From assembly GCF_009914755.1 (NCBI RefSeq), contig NC_060925.1: a stretch of DNA of 64,000 bases. One strand, given 5' to 3'. Each line of letters starts with the position of its first letter. The first letter of the stretch is position 1. This DNA is from the human T2T-CHM13v2.0 reference genome, Homo sapiens. The position numbers and the translations under genes were made by a program. Shown piece after piece: positions 1-14,651 of this stretch. The notes beneath the pieces were generated by a model. The model had not been told where the DNA came from and made no database searches. It saw only the letters and a program-made list of their open reading frames with translations.

Positions 1-3000
1 GGGTGTGGAGGACAAGGCTTAACTCTTTCCCCGGGGAAGAGGCCAGGCTTGCGTTGTGCATGTGGAGCCTTCAACCCTTAAAAGGCTGTCCAGGCAGAGC
101 TCCTGGAATCGTGGAGGAGAAGGGAGGTTTTCAAGACCAGGGTTGAGAGGCATGAGGAGCAGCCTTGGGAATCCAGGTTGGTTGCAGGGAGGGCTTGAGA
201 GGGTGAAATGGTTAATGGTTTGTTGAAAAACAGGGAGAGTCCCTCCTCCAGGGGCCCAGCTGGCTGCAAAGCCAGGAGCAGAGACTCCAAGGGTGATGCA
301 ATGGGGCCCGCCCTGCACACCAGAGAGGGTGAGGAAGGCAGGCTCCCACCCCGCAGCAGCCTCCGCACCACCAGCAGCCGACCACTCTCCTCTGGCTCCA
401 GCAAACCAGCCACAGGCCGGGCCCTTCAGGGCAAAGGGGCAAGACCCTGAGCACCTGAGCTTTGGGAGATGGCAGCTTCTGTCTGTTCCACTCCATCAGC
501 CCCAGAGCCTTTCCAGTCAAGACAAATCCTCTACTAGCCCCCAGCAGGCATCCTGAAGGAGTACCCACCAGGATATCAAACCATCCTGGCCACCTGTGTC
601 TCTGCGATTCCAGGACTATTTCCAGTCCTAGAGGCAGGTTGCAGGTTATGGGTAGAGAGGCAGGCCTGGGAGAGGCAAAGACAGGCAGTGTCCTCCCTTA
701 TCCCAGAAGCTGACACTTACATCTCACCAGCCCACTCACCATTGCCCTGGGGGAGCACATCTGCCAGGGAAGCAGTATCCCAGAAGCTTCTAAAAGACTT
801 GGGGCTACTTCAAGGGTGGGTCAGCATCTCTGAACTCGGGAGAGAGACTGCTCTTCCTTCCCTAGCATGGGGCTAGACACAGCCTCAGAAGCAGGGAGAG
901 GAAGCATGCCACACACTCTGGAAGACCGCTCAGGGTGGGGCACATGGAGACAGCAAGGAGAGGGTGTGCCCTCTCAGACAGTACTGGGAACCTTGATTTT
1001 CTGACAAAGCTCTGCTATGGACTCTAAGCCCCATGAGGACAGGAACTGTGTCTGTCTTGTTTACTGTGGGATCCCTGGCGCTCAGCACAGCTCCCGAGAC
1101 AAAGCTGATGCTCAGTAAATAACTGACTGGGCAGAGGCCAAAGTCCAAGGCCAGTTTCACAATTTCTACTTTTTTGGTAAACTCTTCACCATCCCCACCT
1201 CCATCCTCCCCGCTCCCATATACACACTTAAGAGCAGGAAAAAACATACAAAGTAGCACAAACAGTCATCAGAACAGATTTCTTGAACATTGTTTACAAT
1301 TGGTGGATGCCTTCTCAGTATGAACTTTAATGTGTGGCAGCTTTGGGAACTGAAGTAAGATACATCAGGATCTCTGGTCCAACCTAGAAAAAAAGCATGT
1401 GAGGAAGTTCCAAGGGGCTGCTGGTCACACAGCCAGACCCCGGGGCCAGGTTGGGCCAGGAAAGCAGCAATTTCTCATGGCTGGGGCAGTGTCAGCCCTC
1501 CCTTTTGAGGAAACACATCCACATGTCAACAAGTACTCAAAACCAGCAATGACAATCCTTTCCTGCAGCAGACGGGTTTCTGCTTATTCCTGTCATTCCG
1601 GGAAGCGGAGCGAAGAGAGAATTCCAAATTCTCAACAATAGCTCCTTTGCCCTCCATGGTTAGCCTGGACCCACATCTTAGTACCTTACATTTGCACAAT
1701 ATTTGCAACTTGTTCAAAGCTTTTGCATATTTATGATCTTACTGGATTAGGTCATTACAAGCCCCAGATGGAGAGCTATCAACCTGTCTTGCATGAGGAA
1801 GAGGAGGTCAAAAAAGGTCCAGGATGCCAGTGGCCAAGTTAGTAGCAGAGTGAAGATTTGAGCCCACATCTCTGCCCAGTTTTCCTGCTTCCTCACACCA
1901 TGCAGCCTCGCCATGAGTCAGCTATCACGAGTTCCAGACACAGGACCTCAGATCCTCTAGGGCCAAAAGGTGCCTCCTTATCCTGGTCCTTGTTTACAGT
2001 CATTATAACTGCCCCCACTACTTACATTTTTGCTCCCTTTCTCTGGCAGGAGCTGGTGCTGTGACCCATCTTCGCCTGTTTTGCTTGAAAGCCATCCCCA
2101 CACCCACTCCGAAACCACCTCCCTCCATTCCATTATATTGCACTAGTTGGAAACAATTCAAATACCGAACAATAGGAAAACAGTTAAGCAAACTCATAAA
2201 GCAATATGACAGAAAGCTTGGAAAACATGGACAATAATAACAAGTATGTCAATGCTCTCCGTTCGGGTCATGTGTTTTTGAAATATTGTAATTTGATCAA
2301 AGCAGAATACAAAAGGACATGAACCTACCAATCACAGGTATGTAAAAATGAGTTTCTGCAAATTGCTAAGAACTAGGAGTGAACTTAACAAGATGAAAAG
2401 AAATTTTTAAAAAATCTTCATGGATTTTTCTTTCCTATAATGTTCAAAATGATAATAAAGAGTAAGTGATCCTAATAAATATGACAATAATAAGCAGAGG
2501 GGGAGACAGAGAAGGAGGAATGTTTTCCCACTGGAACTGGAGAAGGGGAAGGAGAAAAGGCTGAGGGTAGGGAGGGAGGGAGCTCGGTGGGAAGTAGGAG
2601 CCAGGAAGCCTGAGGACCAGCACCCACAGCCACAGAGGTGCAACCGGGAGCCCACCCTCTGGGGGTCCCTAAGGGCCAGCGAGGTAGGTGACCAATCTGA
2701 AGTGGTGCTCCAGGGCACCTTTCACAATAATTACAATGTCAGTGGTGCCTCCTAGAGCTGTGCAAGGTAGCAGTTCTGGGACAGAAAGAAGCCTGGAGCT
2801 GGAGGGTTTGCCCATGCTGGAGAGCTAGAGACAGAGCCACTGCCCTCTTCACCTTCTTCCGAACTTCCATTGTCACCCAAGATCTCTGCAGTTTTTCTGC
2901 ACTTTCATTCCAGAGGGCTAACATAACACCTGGCCGACAGGAGGTGAAAGGCCTTCAGGAGGAGCACAGCCTCCCCCTGGTGGGGAGCCTGACTGGCAGG

Positions 3001-3049
3001 GAGCGGGCAGTTCCAAAAGGTGCCAACCTGGGCTCCCCTGAGACTCAGG

Positions 3050-3582
3050 GACAGTGCCCTCCACAGACATATCAAACTCAACATGTCCCAAGCTGACTCC
3101 TCTCAGCAGCCCCCCTCCACCCCTCTAGCCACACTTGCTTCTCCTCCTGTGCTCCCCAGCATGGCAGACATCACCACCACCCACCCAGGGCTTAACACGC
3201 CCTGCAGGATCTGGCCCTGGCTTCAGCGCTCACTTCACCCTGCTTTGCACCCTGTGCCCCACCCACATGGGGATATTTACAGTTCCCGTAATATGCCAAG
3301 CTGTTTCCATCACCATGCCTATTCTCAGGCTGTTTCTTCAGCCTGGAGAATCTTCCCTCCCTTGCCCAGCTGCTTATCTGTCAAGACTCAGCTCTGGCAG
3401 CATCTCCCTCTGTGTCATCCCTTTGCCCTCCACTGCACCCCACCCCCATCACCTGTCCCCACGTAGAGATCAGCACCTCAGCTTATTTATCTCTGTAGTC
3501 CCGACTGACATCTAGCCCTGCTGCTGGCACTTCTTCGGCACTCAATATATATTTTATAAATAAAAGAACAAATGACTGAATG
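3050..3582 (+). mobile_element. Degenerate L2 LINE fragments
   Basis: ATCAAACTCAACATGTCCCAAGCTGA L2 motif and L2-type 3' end GGCACTCAATATAT...AATGACTGAATG. Confidence 0.55.
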
Positions 3583-4560
3583 TAGAACATCAATTTGGGG
3601 GTGGACAAACAGTGAATCTGATTAACAAGACCAAGCCCACGTGTGGTAGCCCAATGCCACTACATTTCTGGTGACAGCATCTCCCAATTCACCACTGCCC
3701 TTAGGCCACTCCTTTCTAGCAAGGGTCTTCGCTCCAGGCCCTTGGAGACTTCCCACCACCACACACAGCAGGTGCATCTGTCTTTGGGTCCCTGTTCTTC
3801 TCCAATTGCCCCGTGGGGGGTCTCTCACCTGTGTGTGGATGCGCTGTTCAGGGCAGTGAGCTTGCCAGTAGAGGTGCTGAGTCAGGTGGGTGGGTAGGCT
3901 GAAGACAAGTCATCTCTTGGCATTCATGAGAAGCAATCGCCTTAGCTGTGCCATGTGAGGCTATCTTAGGATGGGTTTTGGGGGTGGGAGACAGGATGCA
4001 ATGATTCTCACGGATGTTATGTTGTCACACTCCCTGGCTGGGTGAGCTCTTTGCTCTCCAGCACACACGTGATGGAAGGGATGGCAGCCACCCATGCCCC
4101 CTGCAGTGGCTGGTTTCCAAGAATGTCCCGGGCCCCTGGCCTCACTTGAACCACATAGGCCTAATGCTTTCCACCAGGGTAGGGGGTGCTGCCCTTCCCC
4201 TTTCCAGTCTGAGTCCCCGAACTCTCCTACATCAGCTCATCAACCTCCCCTCAGGCCAGCCACTCAGGTGAGTGGAGTCTGACCTGCTGATCTCCTTCTT
4301 AGCCCAGACTGCTAAGGTACTGCATGCTCTAGGCCTGGCCCTGTCTGTCATCCTCTGTAGCAGCAGCAATAGCAGACAACACTGTGAGCCTGGTGCTAGG
4401 GCAGACCTGGTCCAGGAGGAGTAAAGACTGAACTTCAATCTCCAGGAAGCTCACAGTCTGGATGCTTAAATGCACAGCAGAACTGGGGGACTGAGAGACA
4501 ACATGTTTAGACAAAGTGAGTTCTAAAAATCAAATCCAAAAGACAGATACACTGATGCTT

Positions 4561-4566
<6 letters not shown>

Positions 4567-4593
<27 letters not shown>
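4567..4593. repeat. A27 homopolymer
   Basis: 27 consecutive A, not attached to an Alu. Confidence 0.95.
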
Positions 4594-4594
<1 letters not shown>

Positions 4595-5209
4595 TCTTCT
4601 TAAGTCACACATTTTTCTACTATAGGGACTTGAGATTTCATCCCTGGTTCCAATGGGTTCTGCCTCGAGTCTTTGGGCAGGCATCTCTGATCCCTGGGCT
4701 CTGCCAACAGTTTGGGCAAACCCACAAGGATGAAAGCCACTGTGAGCCTTATGTTCAGAGAGTCCTTAGTGCACCAGGTGTGGTTCCTGACCCCTAGCTG
4801 AAAGATGTCAGTCTGGCACCCTCATGGATGAACCTGGTATTCTGGTCTCCATCTCTGTTCCCGTTCTGCTACAGTGATGCCCCTGACAGGGAAGTGTGAG
4901 TGCTCAAAAAAGTGAGCAGATGAAAGAATACAAACAGTTCAAGACCAAGGTCTGCAGATGTGCAAAGGGTGCATTCTTCCAGGCACTTCTACAGCCCTTT
5001 TCAAACAGACAGTCTCATGAGGCTAGGTGGCTGGAACACAGGATTCCCTGACTAAGACTTTTAGGGCCCTAGAGGTGAATATTTCACACTCTCCCCAGCC
5101 CTGAACACAAATCAGTGGGGAAAATGCCATTTCAAACCAAAACTTCCTTCTTGAAAGGGTATGCCCTGTTAAAAACCTGGGAGGTTTCTGGATGTTAAAA
5201 GGTGGTCCT

Positions 5210-5496
5210 GGCCAGGCGCGGTGGCTCACGCCTGTAATCCCAGCACTTTGGGAGGCCGAGGCAGGTGGATCACGAGGTCAGGATCCGAGACCAGCCTGGC
5301 CAAGATGGTGAAACCCCGTCTCTACTAAAAATACAAAAATTAGCCGGGCACGGTGGCGCACGCCTATAGTCCCAGCTACTCACTCAGGAGGCTGAGGCAG
5401 GAGAATCACTTGAACCCGGCAGGCGGAGGTTGCAGTGAGCTGAGAGCACTCCAGCTTGGGCAACAGAGCGAGACGTCATCTCAAAAAAAAAAAAAA
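5210..5496 (+). mobile_element. AluS (Sg/Sc-like)
   Basis: Dimeric Alu with polyA; TSD AAAAGGTGGTCCTG. Confidence 0.95.
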
Positions 5497-6529
5497 GGTG
5501 GTCCTGGGGAGGAATTTAGGGAAAGGGCACTGGGAAGACTGGAATTGCTCAGCACAGCAGAGGAGAATCTGGCTTCCCAGAGTCTATCAAGGAAGGAAGG
5601 ATGAGGTGCAGAGATGGGAAGGGAGGAACAGGAGGAAGCTAGATTAGATGGCAATGGGCTAGGGAGCGTGGTGGGATCTTGTGGCCATTGAGAAATCCCC
5701 GGGTGGTAAGACAGCCAAAATAACTTTTCAGAACATTTCAGAAATGTGTTCTTAAATTGTTTGCTGTGTGATGTAATCTCTCCCCTGTGACCCACAAACC
5801 TTTATTAAAAGTTTTACTACATGTTACAGCCTTATTTTGTAGTTGTTTAGCATGGGGTGGGGGTTGAAAGGAGAAGCGGCTGAATTGACCCCAGGAGCTA
5901 CAGAAACAGTCACAAGACCAGAATAGTGAATAAAATGCCAGACAAGGCAAAAAAACTAGAGCCAGAGGTGACCATGAAAATCCAAGTCCTCCCAGTAATG
6001 GACTTTCCACAGGACATGGTAATTGGAGCCAATGTCATTTGAATCTCAAAGGACAAGCTACCTCAGCTGACATTAGGATACAAGCAGGTTTTGCCTCTCC
6101 AGCTGAACTAAGCCTTGCAAAACATAAAATGCGTCACATGTCCTTTTGCCAGCAGGGCCTCAGCACAGGCACTGCACATAGTAGGCCCAGTAAAAGGGTG
6201 TGAGCAGTCCATGAATGTCCTGGATGCCCACTGAGAGCTGGAAGGGTCTAATGCTTTGGTGGAGCAAGGACCGGAAGGCCATTCTGGCTGGGGACTTCTC
6301 CATCAGCTCTCCTGGTCTCCACCCTCATACCCATCAGCCCTATCCCAATGAGGGTTTTGTAAACAGGCAAGGCCCAGTCGGAGATGGTGGTGGAGGAAGT
6401 CACAAAGCGTTGTGCAGAAACCAGACTACTCTGAGTCAGTTCTGCCCCCTATGAAGTCAAAAAGACAGGCACGGCCCCTTGGGAAGGAGCTTTAATCCAA
6501 AGGGCCTGGGGCTGGGCCAGTGAGTGAGT

Positions 6530-7600
<1,071 letters not shown>

Positions 7601-9709
7601 GGAGGGGGTGAACCAACTCAGCTGACCCTTGTGACCAGTCCGGGGGCATGGGGTGTACAGAAAATCTCCCTTCAGGTGAGTGGGTAAATCTGGCAGAACT
7701 TCCATCAAATCTTTGGGAGCAGTGGCCGCTTTATCCAACAACTGCGTGATAGCTGGGAGGCAAGAGAAAAGAATGCGTGAAGCTAGCTCTGATATACAGG
7801 TGAAAGCGATGAGGGTAACATGAAACTGAAAATCTATGATTTTCACTTTCTACAGCATTCCAATTACTTCGAAATATGTAAGAAATTGACATTTGGAGGT
7901 TGGTGACAGCAGACACTGTCATGGATACAGGTGGATCCTAGAGTCATGTGAATAGATCACTTAGGCATCCCTGGAGAAAGGAGCTTGGGTGGGTTGGAGT
8001 AGTGGGTGGTAAGGGAAGATTGCTCACTCTTGACTGTACTTTTGAGGCAGAACAAGTTTGATCTATTGTGCTGTAGGTTGACTCAAAGGACACCCTTCGA
8101 ATTCTCTCATAAATGGCAACCTTTGGAGATTTTAGTCTGACTAGCTCTCCGAGTGGTGGAATTGGGATCCTTATTGCTTTCTCATCATTTACTGCCAACC
8201 ACATCTTGATTTTCCATACACCTGGCACCCAGTTAGCAGTAGACCAGAGAACCTTTACAAAGAGGTGACCTTCCTGAAGCCAGTGAGAACCCAGATAAAT
8301 GTCTCCCTTCTTTATAAAGACAGAGTCTTACAAAGCTGTCTCTGCCTGCATCCAGTGTTTAATGGGATGCAGGGCTGAACAAAGCAAGGGCTGCAGGAAT
8401 AGTTAAGTCCTTGAGGCTTCAACTAGTTAAGCTGTCTTAAGTGGGAGAGATGGCTCTTTTTTTTTTTTTTAAGTGAATTAACCTGCCACTCCAGAAATCA
8501 AATGCAAGATCAAAAAAGACGAGTCGCCATTGTGTGCTTTCGCTGTTTTCTCACAAAATTAAGAATTTAATTCCTTTAAAAGATTGTGGAAGATTCCTTG
8601 ACTCTGAGGCATCTGATTAACTTTAGTGCTGAGAGTTCAGTTGACTGCTTTGTTGGGACAATGACCCTTTGCAATCTGCACTATTCTTTGGAGAAACAGT
8701 CACAGTCCTTATAAGCAGAATGATTGAGGGTGGGACCTTAGATGAGTTAGAGGAAAGAATGGGAAAGCCCTAATACCTGAATTTCCCAGACTCTGTCTTC
8801 TTTGCTGTTACTTGCCTTTATGTTAGTAAATCTGTATTCTTGAAAGTACCACTGTTGATAAGACAAAGTCTATATCGTAGATTGTAAAAACTCATTAAGG
8901 CAGGGATTCTTGTTCACCTTTGTATCCAGTGTGCCTAGCTTTGTACCCAGCATACAGTAGGTACTCAAATATTAATTGCTCACCTGGCTAACTAGTAACT
9001 GAGATGTCCATGTGGCCACCTACCATGAATAACTATCCCTTTTCCTCTCTTCTTCCCAGGAGGAATATTACTAATGTGTATTATTGTCAGGCCAAGTGCT
9101 GATGATTTTAGACTTATATTGCATTAGCTAAAAGAAGCAGGCTCTGCCAGGAATGTGGGAAGACCCTGTTTTAAGTTTCCATTTACCAGTAAATGTGCCC
9201 CACCGTGTTTCTTATTAATCTTTCTCTTCTAAGTTTTATTCTTTAGCATTTACGTAGTACTTTGTAATAAAGTGTTTCATGATGACTAATTACCCTTTCC
9301 CTAGTGATGATAAAAGACATTTATTAAGTTAATGGATCAGTTGAGGACTAGTCAAGGTCACATAGCAAGTCCTAGGCAATCTGTTTTTCAGAACTGCTGA
9401 ATTGAACATTAAGACTTAAGTCACTTTTGTACCTCTGCCATGTGTTGATAACGTGAAAGCATGGGAAAAGTAAGAGGGAAAAAAGTAACTTGGCATGGTA
9501 CTTAATGGTGTGAGAAAAAGACCTCTTCAAATGGTGCAGTCCTTCACCTATGAGAATTCTACCCTGGCTCTAGACCAGTAATCCTTGGATTATTCTGAAG
9601 CCCTGAGGCCCCTCAGGAATTGAGGATGTTCTTGATGCCAGAGGATATAGGTTACTTCAGGGTGACCTTGATGGTCCTCAGTTAGATCAGATCCCAGTGT
9701 CACTTTCTG

Positions 9710-9791
9710 GTCAGCTTTTATTCATTTTGTTTGCTTTGTTTGAGACAGAGTCAGCTTTTATTCATTTTGTTTGCTTTGTTTGAGATAGAGT
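9710..9791. repeat. 40-bp tandem duplication
   Basis: 9710-9749 repeated at 9750-9789 with one C/T mismatch. Confidence 0.95.
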
Positions 9792-11505
9792 GGATGTCCA
9801 TCAATTAAAAGCATAAATATCTAGATTCTTCAGCTATAATCATGACTTACTCAGTTTTGTATGCCAAGGTCTATCACACTGCTATGAACAAAATAGGACT
9901 TGTTGGTTTGATTGAAGATTTGAGATGTCTGGGTGTCGAGAAGTCAACTAAAGGGATATGACCTTGAGCAAATTAATTAGCTTTTGTACCTGCATCTCCT
10001 CATCTGCCAAATAAGTGCCTATTTTTTTTGGAACAGGTGGAGATAGGGGCATGTTGGGGAGTTAAGATAGCAGTGTAATTTTTTAAAAGTCTATTCGTAT
10101 ATTTATATTCTTTCTTCAATGGGCATTTGAAGTGGCTTATAACACAGAACATATATGTGATATAAAAGGAAGTAAAAACTATAGAAAGAATGAAAAAAAT
10201 ATTGTTAACCTCGAGGGCTAAGATAGTTGATGAGGTTGATCACATGCAACTTGAAACTTTTAGCAGCCAGAGGATGAAAAGAATCATAGTTACAGTCTCC
10301 TTAGCAGGCATGGGAAATAATACATGTCAATTCCTCAAGGGGACGACTTTTCCTGACACAGAGTTCTAAAATAATTTTTCACGGGAATGTCTTAATAGCT
10401 GTAGTGTAATTCACATTGTAAGGCTTGTTCACGACTGTCACTGGTGATTTCAGATGGTATGGCTAGGAAAATTTGAGGTAAGAAAAGGAATCCTTGAGTT
10501 TTAACAGTTAAGTGTACCACAACTGAAGAAGATCCTTGTTTAATGTTGGCAGTTATCGGTCAAACCAAGTAAGTAATCTAGTTCCCCATAACCACTGGTT
10601 ATTTATCCCTCTTTTGCTGCTACTTTGTGTAACAGGAGTGGTAACTGTCCTTGGACCTTTGGAAATTGACACTGTGTCAAGTTGATTCTTTTTTCATAGT
10701 GTAAACCCAAATCTCCAACTTGTTGGAGAGCTCTTACAATAAGCATGTTTCTCCGGAAGGCCTTTCAGAACATTTGCTGTTCTCTGAACTTCTGAACATT
10801 AAAGGCACTCTCCAGAGTGATCCATTAAACATTTTGACCTAGGATCTGTGGAGTCAGACCCATCAGCAAAATGTGGGGAAGGAGAAGAGCACAGAAGAAA
10901 CTACTTTTGTTTATAGGATATTCTTTATTTGAATGAAGCTATGTGCCACTAATTCATCAAAAGGGTCAGCTGAGACTTAGGAAGCACACCAAGTAGAGCC
11001 CCAATGGGTACAGCTTGGGTGTTAACCCGATAGGTAAAATCCAGGTTTCTCCTTTTGTCATCAGAGTTATCTTACGGTTAATTTTTGGTGCAGTTGTATA
11101 GAATTTACGCCAGGACTTGTCAGAATCACTGAAAGGAGATTTCATAGGTTGGCATTTCCTATCTTCACATCATTAGTATCTCTTGATTCTCCTTAGAGTG
11201 GCTGCTGTTGTAGTAGCAGTCTTTAAAACAGGAGTTGGGGTGTAAGAAGATCCTCTTTTTAAGATTTCTCCGCAGGTATTGATTACATCTCTTTTTCTTG
11301 TTTGGTTTAGTTAGTTACACTCTAGTTTCCAAATTACTTTGTTCCAAGTTTCTTTAGACATTTAGCTTGTAACAGAAATCTGTTAGAAGATTTCTAGATC
11401 AGTAGTTGTCTAGATCTTTTGCTGCCAAGGTTACAAATGTATACCTTTTCTTTTATCAGGAGTGTGTCATTTGGATCCAGAGTGTTTTACCCAATATAAT
11501 ATTCT

Positions 11506-11649
11506 TTTTTAAAATTTATTTTTATTTTTTATAGAGATGGGGAAATCCCTGTGTTGCCCAGGCTTGTCTTGAACTCCTGGGCTCAAGCGATCTTCCCACC
11601 TCAGCCTCCCGAAGTGCTGGGATTACAGGCAAGAGCCACCACGCCCACC
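11506..11649 (-). mobile_element. Alu monomer (FLAM_C-like)
   Basis: Left-arm Alu; TSD CCAATATA(A/G)TATTCTT. Confidence 0.88.
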
Positions 11650-12482
11650 CCAATATAGTATTCTTGGAAAGTTGTCTATAAAGGATATTTTGATACATGG
11701 AATCATGCAGGTCTTTAGTTGCCTGTGACTCCTAGCAAGTGTACTCTGCCACTCCGAGTAGTTAATGATCTGTAAATAAGCACTTTAATGCCCTCTTGGG
11801 GTTGTTTTAAAGGAACTGGCGAATAAAGGAGAATCATTTATACGTACCTGTTTCTCAAGTTTGGGAATGTGAGTATTGCATTTTTATAAAGAATGTCAAC
11901 CCTGATTATACTGGATACATTTTATTATAATTTAGAACTGAATAGTAATTCAGAACACATGCTAATGAGGTGCGTCAGAAGCATTCCTGTCATGTGAAGG
12001 GCAACCTACGTGCATAGACCAGAATTTTTTCTAGCCTGAAATCTGAGAATCCCCAGTTGAAGACAAATTCTTACCACAAATTTTCCTTTTGATTATTGTC
12101 AATACTATCAGTGCCTATTGTGTAGTAAGCAGTTAATAAAAATTCACACAGAATTGCAGTTGCCTTTCCTTTTCTGATTCCATATTTTCCTTTGACTCAC
12201 TCAAGTAGTTCTTTTGTCCCACTGTTGCTTGGCTGTTACATAAGACGCCTTTAACTTCCCGTTTCTGTTCCTAAAACTGTGAGTAGTAGTACAACATAAG
12301 GTAAGCACTGATTTTTGGAGTCAGTTTTACCTTTAGTCTCTACCATCTAATAGTTGTGGGACATTCAACAAGTGACGTCCTTTTCTCATCTGTAAAATGG
12401 GGAACAATGATAGTGCTATCTATATACATGGTTGAGAGGGTTAGCATTTAGTAAATAGTAATTAGTGGGGTTTTTTTGTACC

Positions 12483-12604
12483 TAGAGTGACCATATATCC
12501 TGGTTTGCCTGGCGCAATTCTGGTTTATACCTGTTATCCTAGCATGCAGTCCAAGGAGTGCCTCCGTAGCTCTGAAAGTTACCCTGGTTTATGTGGCCAC
12601 CCTA
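12483..12604. mobile_element. MER94-like hAT-Blackjack MITE
   Basis: Terminal inverted ends TAGAGTGACCATAT...ATGTGGCCACCCTA. Confidence 0.6.
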
Positions 12605-14258
12605 TTTATAACTCTCTGGATGATGCAACATGATAGTGCAAATGAGAGCCTAATTTTGAAATGTTAAAGAGCCAAAACAAAGAAGTTTCTATTGGAATGT
12701 CTTTTCAATAAGAAAATTTTTTTCTGACAAAAATGTTATTTTATATAGAGCTTACAGCTACTGAACCCCAAAACATTTTGTTAACTACAGGGGTGGGGTG
12801 TGTAGACAGAGATCTTAGAGCTTTTGATGGAGTTGAGATGTCCTCTACCTTACCATTCCCCATTCATCCCCCGTAATACATAATGCACTCATAGAATGTG
12901 GGTATTTGTCAGACACTGGGCCAGTCTCAGTCCAGGAGTTTATTTCCTTAAACTTCAGGTGTTTGGGGTTTTCCCAAACTAGAATCCTTGAATTACATGA
13001 AATAATTGCAAAGACTTCTGAACTGTGACTTTATCATTTTAGGTATGTACTCCAGCACCCCCGCCCCCATCCCTGCAGGTACTGTTTTCTCATTGCTCTT
13101 AACAGCCTGCTTCTAATTATGTATAACTGATTTTCTCCTGTAGAAATGTGTGGCCTTTGCTGCATGCCACTCATAGAACTAGAGTGGAGCATCCATGCCT
13201 TTGTTGAGAGACTCAGACTGCTTTCATTTTTGTTTCTATCTCTGTTTAATTTTTCTAAAGGATTTAGCCTGGTGCCTTAATCTCAGAATGTAGATAATGA
13301 TGGATACTGCTTATCAGTATACATTGGGGGGCTTAATCATTCACTACCCAAATGGAACACAAAGTAAAAAGTTTAATGAACTATTGGTAAAAGGTAGTAT
13401 TTGGAAATCTGGGGTAGAGATTGGAAAAGTACTTTTGAGAACCACAGGTACAAGACTCTCCAAGCATGCTCCTGCTTCTTACCATAAAAGCCCCAACGCC
13501 TCCGCTGATGTGCCTGTGTACTTAACCTGTGGGGCTTAATGGGCTTAACATGTTCTTCTCTACCAGCCCAAGCCAGTTCACTTGTTTTAAAGTGGACAGC
13601 CTGTACTCAGTTGTGTGATGGAAATGGGGCATATTAAACAGGAGGGGTCTGGGACTGCTCTCTGTTCCATGCTGTTCATCTTGGACCTGCCTCAGGCTTA
13701 CTTCTTCACAATTTGAGGAACTGCTCAGCAAGAGCACACCCTATTGTTGACATGTTTTTCTTTTCTCTCCGGAACCTGCGAGTGTACGATGGCATTAGTG
13801 GAATCCCTCTGAGCCTGTGTGCCAAGGAAAATGCTAATGTGCTGATCCACAATGATGTGTGGCTCAGTGTGAACTACGTAGTAAATTTGTGAGTGACAGA
13901 GTAAAGGGGCAAGAGGCTGGAGGAGATGAGTATAACCATCTTTCATTCACTTAGACTTCCTGAATGAAGCCGTTCATACTGAGTTTTGAGCAATGAGAGG
14001 ATTTTGGAAGTTCTGTTTTTAATAAATGGCTCCAACTCTTCTAGTACTTACTAATTGTATTAAGGTGAACCTTTGGGACATAGGTTTCCATATGCTTAAT
14101 GGGAAATACTTTGTCCCTTTTCCCCCAAGCCTGGCTTGACCTCACGTCAAGACCTCACGTCAAAGCTTTTGGGCCATGACCTGTTTCCTTTGTGGTTCCA
14201 GAAATCTGGGGGCGGGGGGAAGAAAAGAGAGAGACCTACCATAAAAGTTAATAGGACA

Positions 14259-14651
<393 letters not shown>

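Noticed and set aside
19-3900. Overlapping short ORFs in the first 4 kb
   Set aside because: No recognisable homology or consistent splice structure; several lie in L2/MIR remnants
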